Counted from the stretch's first letter, positions 16,943-26,921 are shown. The stretch is DNA of 32,000 nucleotides from Methylophaga frappieri (GCF_000260965.1 NC_017856.1:1560001-1592000), one strand, 5' to 3'. Translations and numbers: made by a program. Notes: a model not told the origin generated them from the letters alone.

Positions 16943-18403
16943 ATGATTTTGACCCGAATATTACTTTTATTTTCAGTCTTGGTAATTGCTGGCTGCTGGC
17001 AATCTGAAGACTATATTTATAGCACCGACGATTATTTTTTGCCGGTACAAGGTGACCTAGTGACTATCAGTGACGAGTTCGGGCCGCTTGGTGTTTATTC
17101 AATCAATTCTGAAAATCAATATGTACCCGTTTTTAAAGAGGCAGAGAAAAACTCGTTCGAACAAAAGTTTAGATTGTTCGATATAGGCTTTATTCCAGTG
17201 GATCGAATGGCAGCTTATAAAGAACCGCGTGAAGACTGGCAGGCGAATCCTACATTTTCCAGATCGATTTTTCAGGATGAAGAGACCCTGCTGTTTATTT
17301 CCACTCTGCAGCAAGCTGAGCAGCCAGGCCAATTGGTGTTAGCGAGTTTTGTCTCGAACGACGTCATTGGCATATGCTCAACCCTTCTTCAAAAAGGAAA
17401 GGGTCTGCATAAAGAATTTTCGGAATTTGCTTCAATACACGCCCCCGAACAGGCGTTCACCAGAAAGGCCGGAATAGCGATGCTTGTTCTGAACGAAGTG
17501 ACGGAAGCTAAACGCCGCGGTGAACTGCAATGTGATGAATACAAAATAGAGACGCATAGCCACGGCGATCAGGATGGGCTCTTTGAAGCCGTGAGTAGAG
17601 GTGATGCTCTGCGCAAGGCGCAAACGAAACAACAGATGGCTAAGATGAAGGCTGGTGCCGTAGAGCTGGCCGAGGCGCGTGCTTCCCGGCAAACAGCTGA
17701 AAATGCAGGGGTATCAGAAAAGACAGAACTTACACCTAAGGAGCAACTTGCCACTTTGAACCAAAAGCTGTCCATCTTGCACCGGGGAGCCTATGACATC
17801 AATAATGAACTGGACGTTGAACGCTGGGGTACACTTGATGGTGTTGGCGGCAAATACTTCGGGGTTGAACGAAATTTCCGCGACCGGGGACTCTTATTCA
17901 AAAGCAAGATGCTTTGCCACAACCTCTCAGGTTATCAGGCAATTTACGTAACAGTCACCCATGCATCCTCTTCGGCAACGAATGCTGAATGGGCGGTGAG
18001 GCGGGGCGATTCGATACCGGTTCGAATAGAAACTGAATGCGGTACCATCATTCATAACGCTGCATTAAAGCAGGTCAACAAAACGCTATACACCAATACG
18101 TTGAGTCTTACTTTCGCCGATTTGATTCCATCCAGGCGAGACAACAAATACGTTCAGGATCCGGCAGCGCTTGAGCGCGCTCGAATTCAGGCCAAACTCT
18201 TTGGAACGTCCGTAGAGGGGTTGACGAAGATGGCGGGGGGCTTTCTTTCGCTAGAAGAGGCGATGAAATCCAAGACTTTGAAAATCTACGCCGATATCAG
18301 ACAGAATGGTGCGGTTCGGACTGTGATGTTAGGTGATTTTGGCTCAGAGTCTGATGAAAAAGGGTTTAAAGGGTTCCACGCTGCCTGTTTGTTTGGCAAA
18401 TAG
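16943..18403 (+). CDS. lipoprotein of unknown function with central coiled-coil segment (486 aa)
   Basis: Trimmed to the ATG at 16943. Leader MILTRILLLFSVLVIAGC contains the lipobox VIAGC. Central helical stretch KAQTKQQMAKMKAGAVELAEARASRQTAEN. It does not carry the family module. Confidence 0.8.
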   Translation: MILTRILLLFSVLVIAGCWQSEDYIYSTDDYFLPVQGDLVTISDEFGPLGVYSINSENQYVPVFKEAEKNSFEQKFRLFDIGFIPVDRMAAYKEPREDWQANPTFSRSIFQDEETLLFISTLQQAEQPGQLVLASFVSNDVIGICSTLLQKGKGLHKEFSEFASIHAPEQAFTRKAGIAMLVLNEVTEAKRRGELQCDEYKIETHSHGDQDGLFEAVSRGDALRKAQTKQQMAKMKAGAVELAEARASRQTAENAGVSEKTELTPKEQLATLNQKLSILHRGAYDINNELDVERWGTLDGVGGKYFGVERNFRDRGLLFKSKMLCHNLSGYQAIYVTVTHASSSATNAEWAVRRGDSIPVRIETECGTIIHNAALKQVNKTLYTNTLSLTFADLIPSRRDNKYVQDPAALERARIQAKLFGTSVEGLTKMAGGFLSLEEAMKSKTLKIYADIRQNGAVRTVMLGDFGSESDEKGFKGFHAACLFGK

Positions 18404-18588
18404 GCGTACATGTCGGAATCAGGCGCTTTGAAGGTTATGAAGGTAAACAGCTTAAACTGAGATACTACCAAAAATTAAATGGATTATTTCCAGCCTATTA
18501 TGGAAGTAAACAGGATTAAGAACTATGAGTTCAGTCTTTCGTCATCCTAAAACCAAATATGTAAACTCAAAACAGGTAAAAGACAGCA

Positions 18589-20058
18589 ATGAAAAATCGA
18601 GTTCGAACAATTGTCTATCAGCTATTCATGTCCTTCGTCATGTTGTGGTCATTTGGTATGTTCCCAACGATTGCCTCTGCACAAACACCGGAAGAGATGA
18701 ACAAAGCTCTGCAAGACTTATTCGGGCAAGCGGGTGTAGAAATGAAAAAACCGGCCGCGCAAAGACGGCAGGAAGAAAGAGACCGTATACAAAAAGCGCG
18801 TGAAGCCGCAAGTAAAATTCCACCTGCTGCTAATTTGGAAGGTGCTTGGCGTTTAACTGCGCATGATAAATCGCTCGATCTCGTTCTATATGAGACGAAG
18901 GGCAGCTCATATGCTGAAAAAATTTATGACGGATTTGTCCAAGACGCGGTGAGCAACTGTGTCCTGCCAGTCAATATACGTATCCCGGACAGACATCCTC
19001 ATCCGGTCGTCGCGACTTATAGCACGAACCGATACTATATTCAGACTGATGGTGGGCAGATAACAGACCATTCCAAAGTCTATCCGGAATTGATGACTGG
19101 CAATTGCGGCGGCGGGTCGGAAGACGTGATGGCACAATCCAGCCTGTATGGTCGGCTTAATTTAGCAGCAGATCGCCAATGGTCAGGCAAGCTTGCAGTC
19201 AATAGACGTATTGATGCGACACAATTAGAGGCAACGTTAATACCCTCTACGATAACACCGATTTTGAGAGAATACCTTACCACCGTAAAACTAACTCGTG
19301 AAGGAATTCCCGAGAAAAGTATCTATGCGTCTATGGCCCCGAAGAATAACCCTTTCGCGGATAAAGAGTTGCAGGGTAAGGATGCAGAATTGGTCGGAGA
19401 ATTGCCCACAGGTGGGACTTATGTAGAGGCCATTTATCGGAATTTGCCGAATAAGGTTGCTGTGGCTGATCGTCGTTTTGCAAGACTTTATGTGAAGGCT
19501 ATGACAGGAGAAGGAAACCGGGCCTACCAAGATTTAAGCTCTTTATTGTCAGGTAAAGGGTTTTTGACAGAGCGCGAAAGAGCCGCAATGGATGAATGGG
19601 TCGCCAATCAAAGCCTGTTACCGGCCGCCTACGTCACCTATCTTTTCCGTTATGAGGATACATTTCCGCAATGTATGGGGCCGAACCCAAAATCTGTTCA
19701 TATTCCTTGGGTGGCAATCACCAAAACTGATTATGGTTTTGGCGTTCAGTCAGAGCGGGTGACGTCTTCGAACACCATCGTTCACACCGTGCCAGAACGC
19801 CTTTATGATCGACTTGTACCCATAAGCCGAGCAGATCCTTACCAGGCAGAAGCTTCAGATAGAATTTTGAACCTGATGCATGGTGATAAAGAGCGTTTGG
19901 TAGTATCTGACGTCACAGCTGCCACACATGCGTTCATGAGCAAGCTATCATGCAATACGCCTGAAAAATCTCAGTTCGAGGCAAATTTATTTTCGATGTA
20001 TGACAAACACAATGCTGCGCAAAATGAACGCATGGCCCGTGCGAATGGGCATAAGTAA
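18589..20058 (+). CDS. Sec-exported protein, 2-Cys module family (member F, 489 aa)
   Basis: Leader MKNRVRTIVYQLFMSFVMLWSFGMFPTIASA. Module: AAYVTYLFRYEDTFPQC ... FMSKLSCNTPEKSQFEANL, with Cys codons at 19672-19674 and 19951-19953. The N-terminal 190 aa are duplicated at 31433 onward. Confidence 0.9.
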   Translation: MKNRVRTIVYQLFMSFVMLWSFGMFPTIASAQTPEEMNKALQDLFGQAGVEMKKPAAQRRQEERDRIQKAREAASKIPPAANLEGAWRLTAHDKSLDLVLYETKGSSYAEKIYDGFVQDAVSNCVLPVNIRIPDRHPHPVVATYSTNRYYIQTDGGQITDHSKVYPELMTGNCGGGSEDVMAQSSLYGRLNLAADRQWSGKLAVNRRIDATQLEATLIPSTITPILREYLTTVKLTREGIPEKSIYASMAPKNNPFADKELQGKDAELVGELPTGGTYVEAIYRNLPNKVAVADRRFARLYVKAMTGEGNRAYQDLSSLLSGKGFLTERERAAMDEWVANQSLLPAAYVTYLFRYEDTFPQCMGPNPKSVHIPWVAITKTDYGFGVQSERVTSSNTIVHTVPERLYDRLVPISRADPYQAEASDRILNLMHGDKERLVVSDVTAATHAFMSKLSCNTPEKSQFEANLFSMYDKHNAAQNERMARANGHK

Positions 20059-20206
20059 TGAAGCAAAAAGGCCAGTTGCCAACAGAGCGAGATGATAAAC
20101 AACCATCCACATCAAAAGACCGTTGGCGCAGTGGCCGGGCAAAGCAAGCTAAACACCAAATGACCTAGAAAGGTCTTACTCAGATTTCACAAGGAGAGTT
20201 TTAGCG

Positions 20207-21202
20207 ATGCCAAGCACTCAGTCACCTCACCCGCTTGCTGTTTCACTGTACTCAGTTGGCGAGATTGGTTATCCAGTCGTAGAGAATATAGAAGCCTATC
20301 TGGAGGCCCTTTACGGCGCCGGGCTTTACGAAACACTCGCCGCCGGGAATCCGGGAGAGGCGGTCATTCGTAATCTTGCCGAAGCTTACAGCATCATTTC
20401 GGAAATGATTTTTTGGCAGGAAGATCAGGACTATGACCAAGCTCTCAAGGCTTTTCCGCTATTTGTTGAGTATGTGACTGAGATGCAGCTGAGTCTGGGA
20501 GATTTGCATCATATCACCGAAATTGTGACAAGCTTTTTCGACTGGGAAGCCGATAGTGAAGGGCCAGCTCATCTCGATGAGCTAAAACCTTCGATACAGT
20601 CTTTAACCAACCTGTTTAATCGGGGTGAGTATAAAAGTGCGATCTACAGTGCGTTGGCAGAGCACTCCTATAAGGATGTCGATGATCTCATCGGCATGGC
20701 GCACTGGTTCTATGGTGAAGATGAGTTTGAGCTGTTTTTCAGTTGTGCACAGCATTATCCATTGCGTGCTCTGTCCAATGCTTACTGGCTTATTGATCTC
20801 AATGACGAACAGCGTCAGCGCTTTATTGCCTGGGCACGACGCTTTATGCCATCGGAGCGTTTGGGTAAGACGCTTTCTCAAACGCAAGTTTATACTGAGA
20901 TAGAGAAAAGGATTCTGGATCGGGTGATATTTCATCAGGAACATCTGCTTAAAAACCAGAAAGATCATCGAGATTTTGCCATCTGGGGGATGTGTTCTGA
21001 AGACAGGCTTATAGCGCTGCATGGTGCTTATCTGCTTGAAGAGTTACCTGTCGCTATATGGCCTCAGGGGAGTAAAACGATAATTGAAAGTTTGCTGGTT
21101 TGGACAGAACCTCATTGGAACTCAGTAAAGAGGAAAGACGGTAAGTCCCAGTACGTTAAATCACAAGATTGGCTGAGGGAGTTATTGGAAAGAGTGACTT
21201 GA
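20207..21202 (+). CDS. leaderless hypothetical protein (331 aa)
   Basis: AAGGAGAG SD 8 nt upstream. No leader or TM. Acidic and helical. No family recognised. Follows member F. Confidence 0.8.
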   Translation: MPSTQSPHPLAVSLYSVGEIGYPVVENIEAYLEALYGAGLYETLAAGNPGEAVIRNLAEAYSIISEMIFWQEDQDYDQALKAFPLFVEYVTEMQLSLGDLHHITEIVTSFFDWEADSEGPAHLDELKPSIQSLTNLFNRGEYKSAIYSALAEHSYKDVDDLIGMAHWFYGEDEFELFFSCAQHYPLRALSNAYWLIDLNDEQRQRFIAWARRFMPSERLGKTLSQTQVYTEIEKRILDRVIFHQEHLLKNQKDHRDFAIWGMCSEDRLIALHGAYLLEELPVAIWPQGSKTIIESLLVWTEPHWNSVKRKDGKSQYVKSQDWLRELLERVT

Positions 21203-21293
21203 AAAGGCAGGGCGTGATTAGGAATGACGGAATTTTTAACTTATACCCTTACGAATATTCAGGGCCGGTATTGAATTTGAGGTCTGGTATTGA

Positions 21294-21617
21294 ATGGAAA
21301 GTAACAGCAAACGGTTAAAAAAGTCACTAACAGGCTGGCGGTTATCTCCTAATGTACTGCTTGCTCTTATAGCCTCTTGCCTGGTGGCTTGCGAGGCGCA
21401 ACCACAACCAAAACCACCGCGTTCGGTGTCACAGGAGGCTGTATCTTGCAAACCTTCACCTTCACCTTCACTTTCTGAGTCAGCGACAGGGCCAAGAAGC
21501 TGTTGTGACCGTCAACTTGAAGGCGATGACCGCCCCGTTATTCTTTGCCCTATTTTTTGTACGGTAAAACCTGAAAAGACACCTCAGGACGATGAAGTGT
21601 GTGATTCGGAATTATAA
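21294..21617 (+). CDS. small Cys-rich lipoprotein (107 aa)
   Basis: Leader ...LLALIASCLVAC (lipobox LVAC), then a Pro/Ser-rich linker and 7 Cys (SCCDRQ, LCPIFC, VCDSEL). Confidence 0.55.
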   Translation: MESNSKRLKKSLTGWRLSPNVLLALIASCLVACEAQPQPKPPRSVSQEAVSCKPSPSPSLSESATGPRSCCDRQLEGDDRPVILCPIFCTVKPEKTPQDDEVCDSEL

Positions 21618-21956
21618 TTTATTAAATAACTTGTCGATACTGACCGCTTGTATTTGTCGATTAATATCTTTTTTCCGTGCTTCAGATATTTCTGGAATGA
21701 TAAAAGAATGTGCGCTATCCATAACGGCCAGGAGACGGAAAAAATATTTCTCTTCCAGTGGTAAAGGTAAGTCATGAAACATGTCTAATTCTTTTTTTAA
21801 GCCTTCAACATCTTTGCGATCTATATTGGCATAAAATAAGTCTGTTTTATCATAATGTGCCAGTGCATGGCTGATCATTATTCTAATGGCGTCAAACTCT
21901 TCCTGCGTGCAATCCATATCCAGGAAGCCATCATGCTGGTTTTCAAAGGTGATCAT
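21612..21956 (-). CDS. leaderless 114-aa protein, paralogous to the N-domain of the HD protein at 30301
   Basis: Trimmed to the ATG at 21956 (AAGAGG SD), 13 nt after the stop of 21970..23403. MITFENQHDGFLDMDCTQEEFDAIRIMISHALAHYDKTDLFY aligns with MITIERTDYAFAAVDASIEEWAAIKAIVRYCANHYWATELHY. Confidence 0.7.
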   Translation of the reverse strand: MITFENQHDGFLDMDCTQEEFDAIRIMISHALAHYDKTDLFYANIDRKDVEGLKKELDMFHDLPLPLEEKYFFRLLAVMDSAHSFIIPEISEARKKDINRQIQAVSIDKLFNKL

Positions 21957-21969
21957 GGAAAATGACCTC

Positions 21970-23403
21970 TTAATATCGAAGTGAAGTATCAGCCGAGATT
22001 TTCCCGGTTTCATACAGCATATTGTGATAGACAACTTGCACGACTTTGCTGTCACAACCTTTGTCAATAAGTGCCTCTACGGTGCCATTTTTGCGATTAA
22101 TTAAAGACATGCCGCTGGCAATGGCGTCCTTGTTTTGTCCTCGGGACAATAATCGAAACAGGTCACCTGCCAGCATAGTATTCAGCCGTTGTGTGTATGC
22201 CTTGTAGTAAGGTAGATAACGTTCATCGGCATAAACAGTATGTTCTTTACCTTTGACGCGACCGACCTCAAAGCCGCCTTGTGTGGTGACTTGATCTGCG
22301 CGAGTAGTGTAGCGCACTTTATTTTGGATAAAATTGGAGCAACGCTCACTATAGGCATTGATAAAGTCATTGAAATACAAAAAATAATCACGCTTGTTGC
22401 GCAAAGGTTGAACCATGGCGTAACCCAGTAGTGACTGAACTTTTACTGAAGGCGTGTACAAATCACTTTCCAGGCCAGGAGCCTTGAGAAAGGGATCGTC
22501 TATTTTAAGTAGGCCATGTGAGGTAAACCGGAGAGAAGGGCCGGAGGAACGCACAATATTCTTGACATAAGCTGGTGGTAAATTAACTCTCTCATGGATT
22601 CTATTAAAATCCACGGTGGTTAATTCTGCCGTTAACTCTGGCCAAAAACTGGGGGGTGATTCATACCAAAACCAATGCTGTTCGGTGTAGTGTGTATCAC
22701 CGTTATCCGGAAAATACTCTGCCTTAATAAAATAAACATCGCCTAGTGGCTGCCGATAGCCATCTGCTGCAATATAAGCTGGGCGCCTTTGGTTTTTTGG
22801 TGTGAAATTCTGAATCAAATCACTGAGCATTGCATTGCCGTCAATCAGTGCAATATTGGCCAGGGCACCCGCTCCGGAAGGTCGTTGGGCTAAGAGCATG
22901 GATTCAATATTGGCTGGCAAAGAGAGTCCGTCGGGGCGAGATGAAACAAGCCAGAGATCGTAGAACATGGCGTTGGCCAGTGGGTCGGCCAGTTGAATTT
23001 TTTCGATTAGCTCTTTCAAGGCTTGCTTGGTCGTTGCTGGGGTGAGACCGCCATAGCGGGCATCACCAATGATGCCTAAATTGACAAATGGCTTGCCGCT
23101 TTTTGGCTGCGAAGCGCGACCCAGAAGACTGGCAATATAAGGCGAACCTGACAGTTGTTGAGTCAGGTATCCTGCATACTCATCGATAAATACATCGGGT
23201 AGCCGCTGTTTTTGACGCTCCAGTAGATAATTGATGACACCTGCTTTGAGATTGCTCTCACCCGTTGTGTTGGCAGCTGTAGCCGTTGCGCTTACCGTTG
23301 ATAGCGAAAGGATAACTAATAACGCCAACGTTATCTTGTGCAGTAACATAAAAGCTTCTCGTTTACCGCTATTTAGTAGAGTAAGCTGTCTGATTTTATT
23401 CAT
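21970..23403 (-). CDS. Sec-exported protein, 2-Cys module family (member D, 477 aa)
   Basis: Leader LLHKITLALLVILSLSTVSATATA, with start at 23403 or the internal ATG at 23349. PPAYV mid-motif. Module: YFLYFNDFINAYSERC ... DKGCDSKVVQVVYHNML, with Cys codons at 22339-22341 and 22054-22056. Confidence 0.85.
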   Translation of the reverse strand: MNKIRQLTLLNSGKREAFMLLHKITLALLVILSLSTVSATATAANTTGESNLKAGVINYLLERQKQRLPDVFIDEYAGYLTQQLSGSPYIASLLGRASQPKSGKPFVNLGIIGDARYGGLTPATTKQALKELIEKIQLADPLANAMFYDLWLVSSRPDGLSLPANIESMLLAQRPSGAGALANIALIDGNAMLSDLIQNFTPKNQRRPAYIAADGYRQPLGDVYFIKAEYFPDNGDTHYTEQHWFWYESPPSFWPELTAELTTVDFNRIHERVNLPPAYVKNIVRSSGPSLRFTSHGLLKIDDPFLKAPGLESDLYTPSVKVQSLLGYAMVQPLRNKRDYFLYFNDFINAYSERCSNFIQNKVRYTTRADQVTTQGGFEVGRVKGKEHTVYADERYLPYYKAYTQRLNTMLAGDLFRLLSRGQNKDAIASGMSLINRKNGTVEALIDKGCDSKVVQVVYHNMLYETGKISADTSLRY

Positions 23404-23412
23404 AATGGTTAA

Positions 23413-23643
23413 TCATCCTACTTTTGCAGCAAGCTTGCTTTGATTATCAAATTCACGTTGACTGATCTCATGCCGATCACTGAGCTCTATCGTTATATAA
23501 TATGCCAGCCTATCATCACGGATAAGCTTATTGGTTTCACATTCAATGCGATAGCACTCGGTGATAATGCCTTCTTCCCACAAGGTTTTGATTGAGTTTT
23601 TGTCGAACATGAAATATTTTACGCCACTAAATGCTTCGTCCAT
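23413..23643 (-). CDS. leaderless 76-aa hypothetical protein
   Basis: The ATG is 3 nt after the stop of the upstream small lipoprotein and the stop lies 9 nt before the start of member D. No leader. No family recognised. Confidence 0.55.
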   Translation of the reverse strand: MDEAFSGVKYFMFDKNSIKTLWEEGIITECYRIECETNKLIRDDRLAYYITIELSDRHEISQREFDNQSKLAAKVG

Positions 23644-23646
23644 TTT

Positions 23647-23910
23647 TCACCTTTCGTCTGATTTCCGGCGGAGATCAACAAACGGGCAGACGGTTGTGGA
23701 CTTGTTTTTTGCGCCGTCTTTTCCATTGCCTGAAGATATCTCGAAACAACGCTCTTCCCCATCCTGTATCTCAAGGGCGTGTCCGTTCGTGCGTTGATCA
23801 TCTTGCGGCGATGGAACAGGGGATGAGCAGGCGGCGTTCAGGACGCAGAGACTTGCAACGGCGAGTACAGATTTAAAACTGTCATCGTTAAAGTTGTCTT
23901 TTGCGCTCAT
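23647..23910 (-). CDS. small putative lipoprotein (87 aa)
   Basis: Trimmed to the ATG at 23910, overlapping the end of member C by 23 nt. Leader MSAKDNFNDDSFKSVLAVASLCVLNAAC has a non-canonical lipobox. The mature part has Cys in CFEISS and VCPFVD. Confidence 0.45.
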   Translation of the reverse strand: MSAKDNFNDDSFKSVLAVASLCVLNAACSSPVPSPQDDQRTNGHALEIQDGEERCFEISSGNGKDGAKNKSTTVCPFVDLRRKSDER

Positions 23911-26107
23911 TCGCCTCAGCCCTGAGAGCCTGAACCTGCTCACGCAATTGTTCGCCAGCGGCTCTTTGTTTTTGCTCGTAGTCTTTGAGCAGACGGGTAC
24001 GCTCGGGTCCGGAAACCGTGGTTATCTGCTTCATGAACACTTCGGCCTCTTCGACCTGCGTTTGATGCTGCGCCTGTATCAGAGCCTGAACTTTCTTATC
24101 GGTTTCCTGGTCAATCTGGCGGATACGCTGACGGCGGTCTGCGGTTGCCTGACGTGCGCTGTCTTGTTGGGGTTGTTGGCTTTGACCCCGTGTTTTGGGG
24201 GCAGGCGGCCTGTTCTCGGAGGGGACTGTCGGTTCTTCCGTTATTCCCATATGCTGCATGGTGAATTCGATAGTGTTTTGCAGGTCGTTGTACCTTTGCG
24301 AATTTTCCGGCGTTTGATTGCGCTCCTTGATCAACTCGATCAGGCGCTGCTCAAGGTTTTGCCTGTTTTGGGATTGGGCCTGTGCCGCTTCTCGCGTAGC
24401 TTCTTCCAGCTCATCCAGTGATTGCTCGGCATCGCGTGCGGCGCGATTGAAATTATCCTGACCTTCTCCGGTAACGTGATCCACTTCCCGGTTGAATTCC
24501 TTTTCGCTCATTGTCGGCGTTTTCCAGTCTTCCCCGAATAGACCGCCCCCGCCAAAAGCTGCAACCGCTGCATTGACGGTTTCATTCTCTTCCTGCACGT
24601 TCGCGACAGGGGTAAAGGGCGGTGGCGGTGCTCCTGTCTTTGTGGGTGCATCGCTTTCCGTTGCCGCTCCGGCAAAACGCAGCCCGGCCTGCTGCACCGA
24701 TGGCTGGCCGTTTGCCGCGCGGATAAAGTTATCTGTCATTTGACGGACAGTCGCGCTGTCACATGCATGAGTCTTGAGGAAAGTTTCCATCTCCCCGCGC
24801 AGGCCAAGCACAAGCCCGAAGCCCTGAAAGATACCCTGATCCAGAACGGCCCTGTTGAGGTCGGAGTCAAACTGCGCCCAGTGCGCGCCGAACCGTGCAT
24901 CAATCCGGTAGGTCTTGGTTTGCTCCGAGGTATGGATGGTTCTCGATCCGTCGAGATTATGATCCGTGCCTTCATAAGCATCGTAATTGCGCTCGAAAGT
25001 TTGCCACTGCTTTACATGGGCTTTGCAGCGTTTGGAATAGGACATGGCCAAGCCAGTGTAGAAAGCTTTGAATTCCGGTGTATTGCGGTACTCGCCAAAC
25101 TCTCCCTCGAAGATGCGCCGGGCGATATCAAACCCGTCATAGCGCCCCCAATAGGGATCGAGTTTGTAGACGATGCCCTCGCGACGCCCAGCTTCATAAG
25201 CGAATGCTTTCCGGTAATCTCCGGCACTTTCGGCTTTTTGCAGTTCGCCCTTGATAAAGCCCGCGAGGGTTAGCTCCGGGTTTTCCTGCGGATCAGCAGT
25301 GATGCCCCGTGATGATCTGATAGCACGGCAAGCCGGTGTATCACAGCGATTGAAGTTCAGCCGGTTGTTTTCGACCTCGTAGCCAAAAGATAAAACAGGC
25401 TTGTCACTCTCCCCGTAGCGGAATGCATTTTTATAATAGTGAGAACTATAGGCTCCATTGGTCTTGCCGCATGTGCCCAGGAACAAACTGACGATATCGT
25501 TCAGGCTCTTGATAAACCTGTTATCGGGTTGATCGCCGGAAAATGGCAATATTGTTTGCGTAGGATGAGATGGTGTATGAAGTATATTGAAATCGACTTT
25601 GGTTGCACCAGCCTTGGATATGGCAGCATTCCGCGATGCATCTATTGCGTCTGTTTGTTCTAAATAGCGCGCCTTGAGGTCTTTATTTTCCTCCATCAAT
25701 CTGGCCATGTCCTCTGTCAACCGTTTGACCTCTGGCCCACTCAGTTTTTGGCTTCTTAACGTATTCCCGATATCCGTGAGAGCTTGTTGAATGCGCCTCT
25801 CTTCTGGTTCATGGGCGAGGCGTAAAGCCTCTTGGCGGGTATTGAATTCAGCTTCGGCTTTTGCCCTGTCAGCAACGGCTAATCCTATAGAGCAAACCGC
25901 TTTGCCATTGTTGAATTCCGCTTGATTTGAATAGACCTCGTAATTATCGCTGCGCCCGATCATCACACCCATCCGTTCCAGTCTTGTGGCACGTTTTTCT
26001 TCTAGCGTTGCCGCCTGGAGTGAGAGGGGCAGAAACAGGATCGCCATCCATACCATCAGTGTCAGGGTTGCTTGAATCCTTTCAATACTATCGCCGTACC
26101 TTGTCAT
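23888..26107 (-). CDS. Sec-exported protein, 2-Cys module family with long coiled-coil tail (member C, 739 aa)
   Basis: Trimmed to the ATG at 26107 (GAGGA SD). Leader ...TLTLMVWMAILFLPLSLQA. Module at 24650-25159 (IFEGEF, SYSKRC, THACDSATVRQMTDNFIRAANGQPSVQQAG) has Cys codons at 25025-25027 and 24761-24763. The C-terminal roughly 250 aa are Q/E/R-rich helical. Confidence 0.9.
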   Translation of the reverse strand: MTRYGDSIERIQATLTLMVWMAILFLPLSLQAATLEEKRATRLERMGVMIGRSDNYEVYSNQAEFNNGKAVCSIGLAVADRAKAEAEFNTRQEALRLAHEPEERRIQQALTDIGNTLRSQKLSGPEVKRLTEDMARLMEENKDLKARYLEQTDAIDASRNAAISKAGATKVDFNILHTPSHPTQTILPFSGDQPDNRFIKSLNDIVSLFLGTCGKTNGAYSSHYYKNAFRYGESDKPVLSFGYEVENNRLNFNRCDTPACRAIRSSRGITADPQENPELTLAGFIKGELQKAESAGDYRKAFAYEAGRREGIVYKLDPYWGRYDGFDIARRIFEGEFGEYRNTPEFKAFYTGLAMSYSKRCKAHVKQWQTFERNYDAYEGTDHNLDGSRTIHTSEQTKTYRIDARFGAHWAQFDSDLNRAVLDQGIFQGFGLVLGLRGEMETFLKTHACDSATVRQMTDNFIRAANGQPSVQQAGLRFAGAATESDAPTKTGAPPPPFTPVANVQEENETVNAAVAAFGGGGLFGEDWKTPTMSEKEFNREVDHVTGEGQDNFNRAARDAEQSLDELEEATREAAQAQSQNRQNLEQRLIELIKERNQTPENSQRYNDLQNTIEFTMQHMGITEEPTVPSENRPPAPKTRGQSQQPQQDSARQATADRRQRIRQIDQETDKKVQALIQAQHQTQVEEAEVFMKQITTVSGPERTRLLKDYEQKQRAAGEQLREQVQALRAEANERKRQL

Positions 26108-26348
26108 AGGTTCGATCCTCACTTAAATCGCTAGGTTTTCTAATGTCTTGCGGTGCGCCCATTCCTATACGAGATCGGAAATGGATCCTTTTTAGCCTGC
26201 CGGGATGTGTTGAGGCGGGGGCTTTCGAACCCCGTAGACTGCGGTAGTGCACTCATCATCAAAAAAAATATGAAAACCATAACAAAAAGGATCTTTTTTA
26301 TCTATTTTGCGTGGAAACTAAGTGTGAACGAAATTAAAGGGGCGGAAT

Positions 26349-26498
26349 TTGAGCGTTATTGGTTATGCGCGGGTCAGTACAGAAGAACAGCGACTAGATC
26401 TCAAGCGGGATGCAGGCGGCCAGGAAACGCGATTCCGCAAAGACGGCCTCCCCGGGAAGCGCTCTGAGCATTTTGCCATTGTTGTCGAGAATGACTGA
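26349..26498 (+). pseudogene. N-terminal stub of a serine recombinase (resolvase/invertase)
   Basis: LSVIGYARVSTEEQRLDLKRDA matches the catalytic-Ser N-terminus xIGYARVSTxxQxLDLQxxAL. The sequence then diverges and stops after 49 codons (a full enzyme is about 190 aa). TTG start only. Confidence 0.6.
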
Positions 26499-26921
26499 GA
26501 TCCCTTTGAGGCGCTAAGGGGAGAGATGTTGTAACATCGTCAGCATGTGAGTTTTTTGCTAACCCCATCCATAGGGGACACTCGGTTGTTCTGGTGCTTG
26601 CCCTTTAAGGCTGGGCTAACCAGTAAAAAATGAAATTATTTTCAAGTAATTTCTGAGCATGGTATTTTTCGTGGTATTTGGAATATGGCGATTTGTAACT
26701 GTATGAAAAATAAGAAAAATAAATGCTTATTTACAATCGAGTGGGAGTGACCGGCACTGACAGGCAATGTCTGGCACCGACTAGCAACTGCAGGTATTAA
26801 CGACAAAGACATATTTCTCAGCGAATCGAGAGTGGACAGTTTTTTCTGGGAAGACTGTCAATGATTATTTTCGACAGCAGTCACGAAGATTTCTCTCCAC
26901 GGTCAAGTCTGGCGTCGATGG

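Noticed and set aside
20058-20168. 36-codon basic ORF (MKQKGQLPTERDDKQPSTSKDRWRSGRAKQAKHQMT) overlapping the stop of member F
   Set aside because: It is very short with no SD site and a low-complexity basic sequence. It is probably a chance ORF in the intergenic region.
26215-26262. tRNA-like fragment (minus strand ACGGGGTTCGAAAGCCCCCGCCTCA, a GGTTCGAA T-loop-like motif)
   Set aside because: Only a T-arm-like hairpin with a 4-bp stem and an 8-nt loop is present. There is no D-arm, no anticodon arm and no matching 5' acceptor strand, so it is not a tRNA gene. At most it is an att-site relic, mentioned under the scar cluster.
26153-26467. 104-aa plus-strand ORF upstream of and overlapping the recombinase stub
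   Set aside because: It is in a different frame from the recognisable IGYARVST resolvase signature, has an implausible Arg-rich sequence and spans promoter-like AT-rich DNA.
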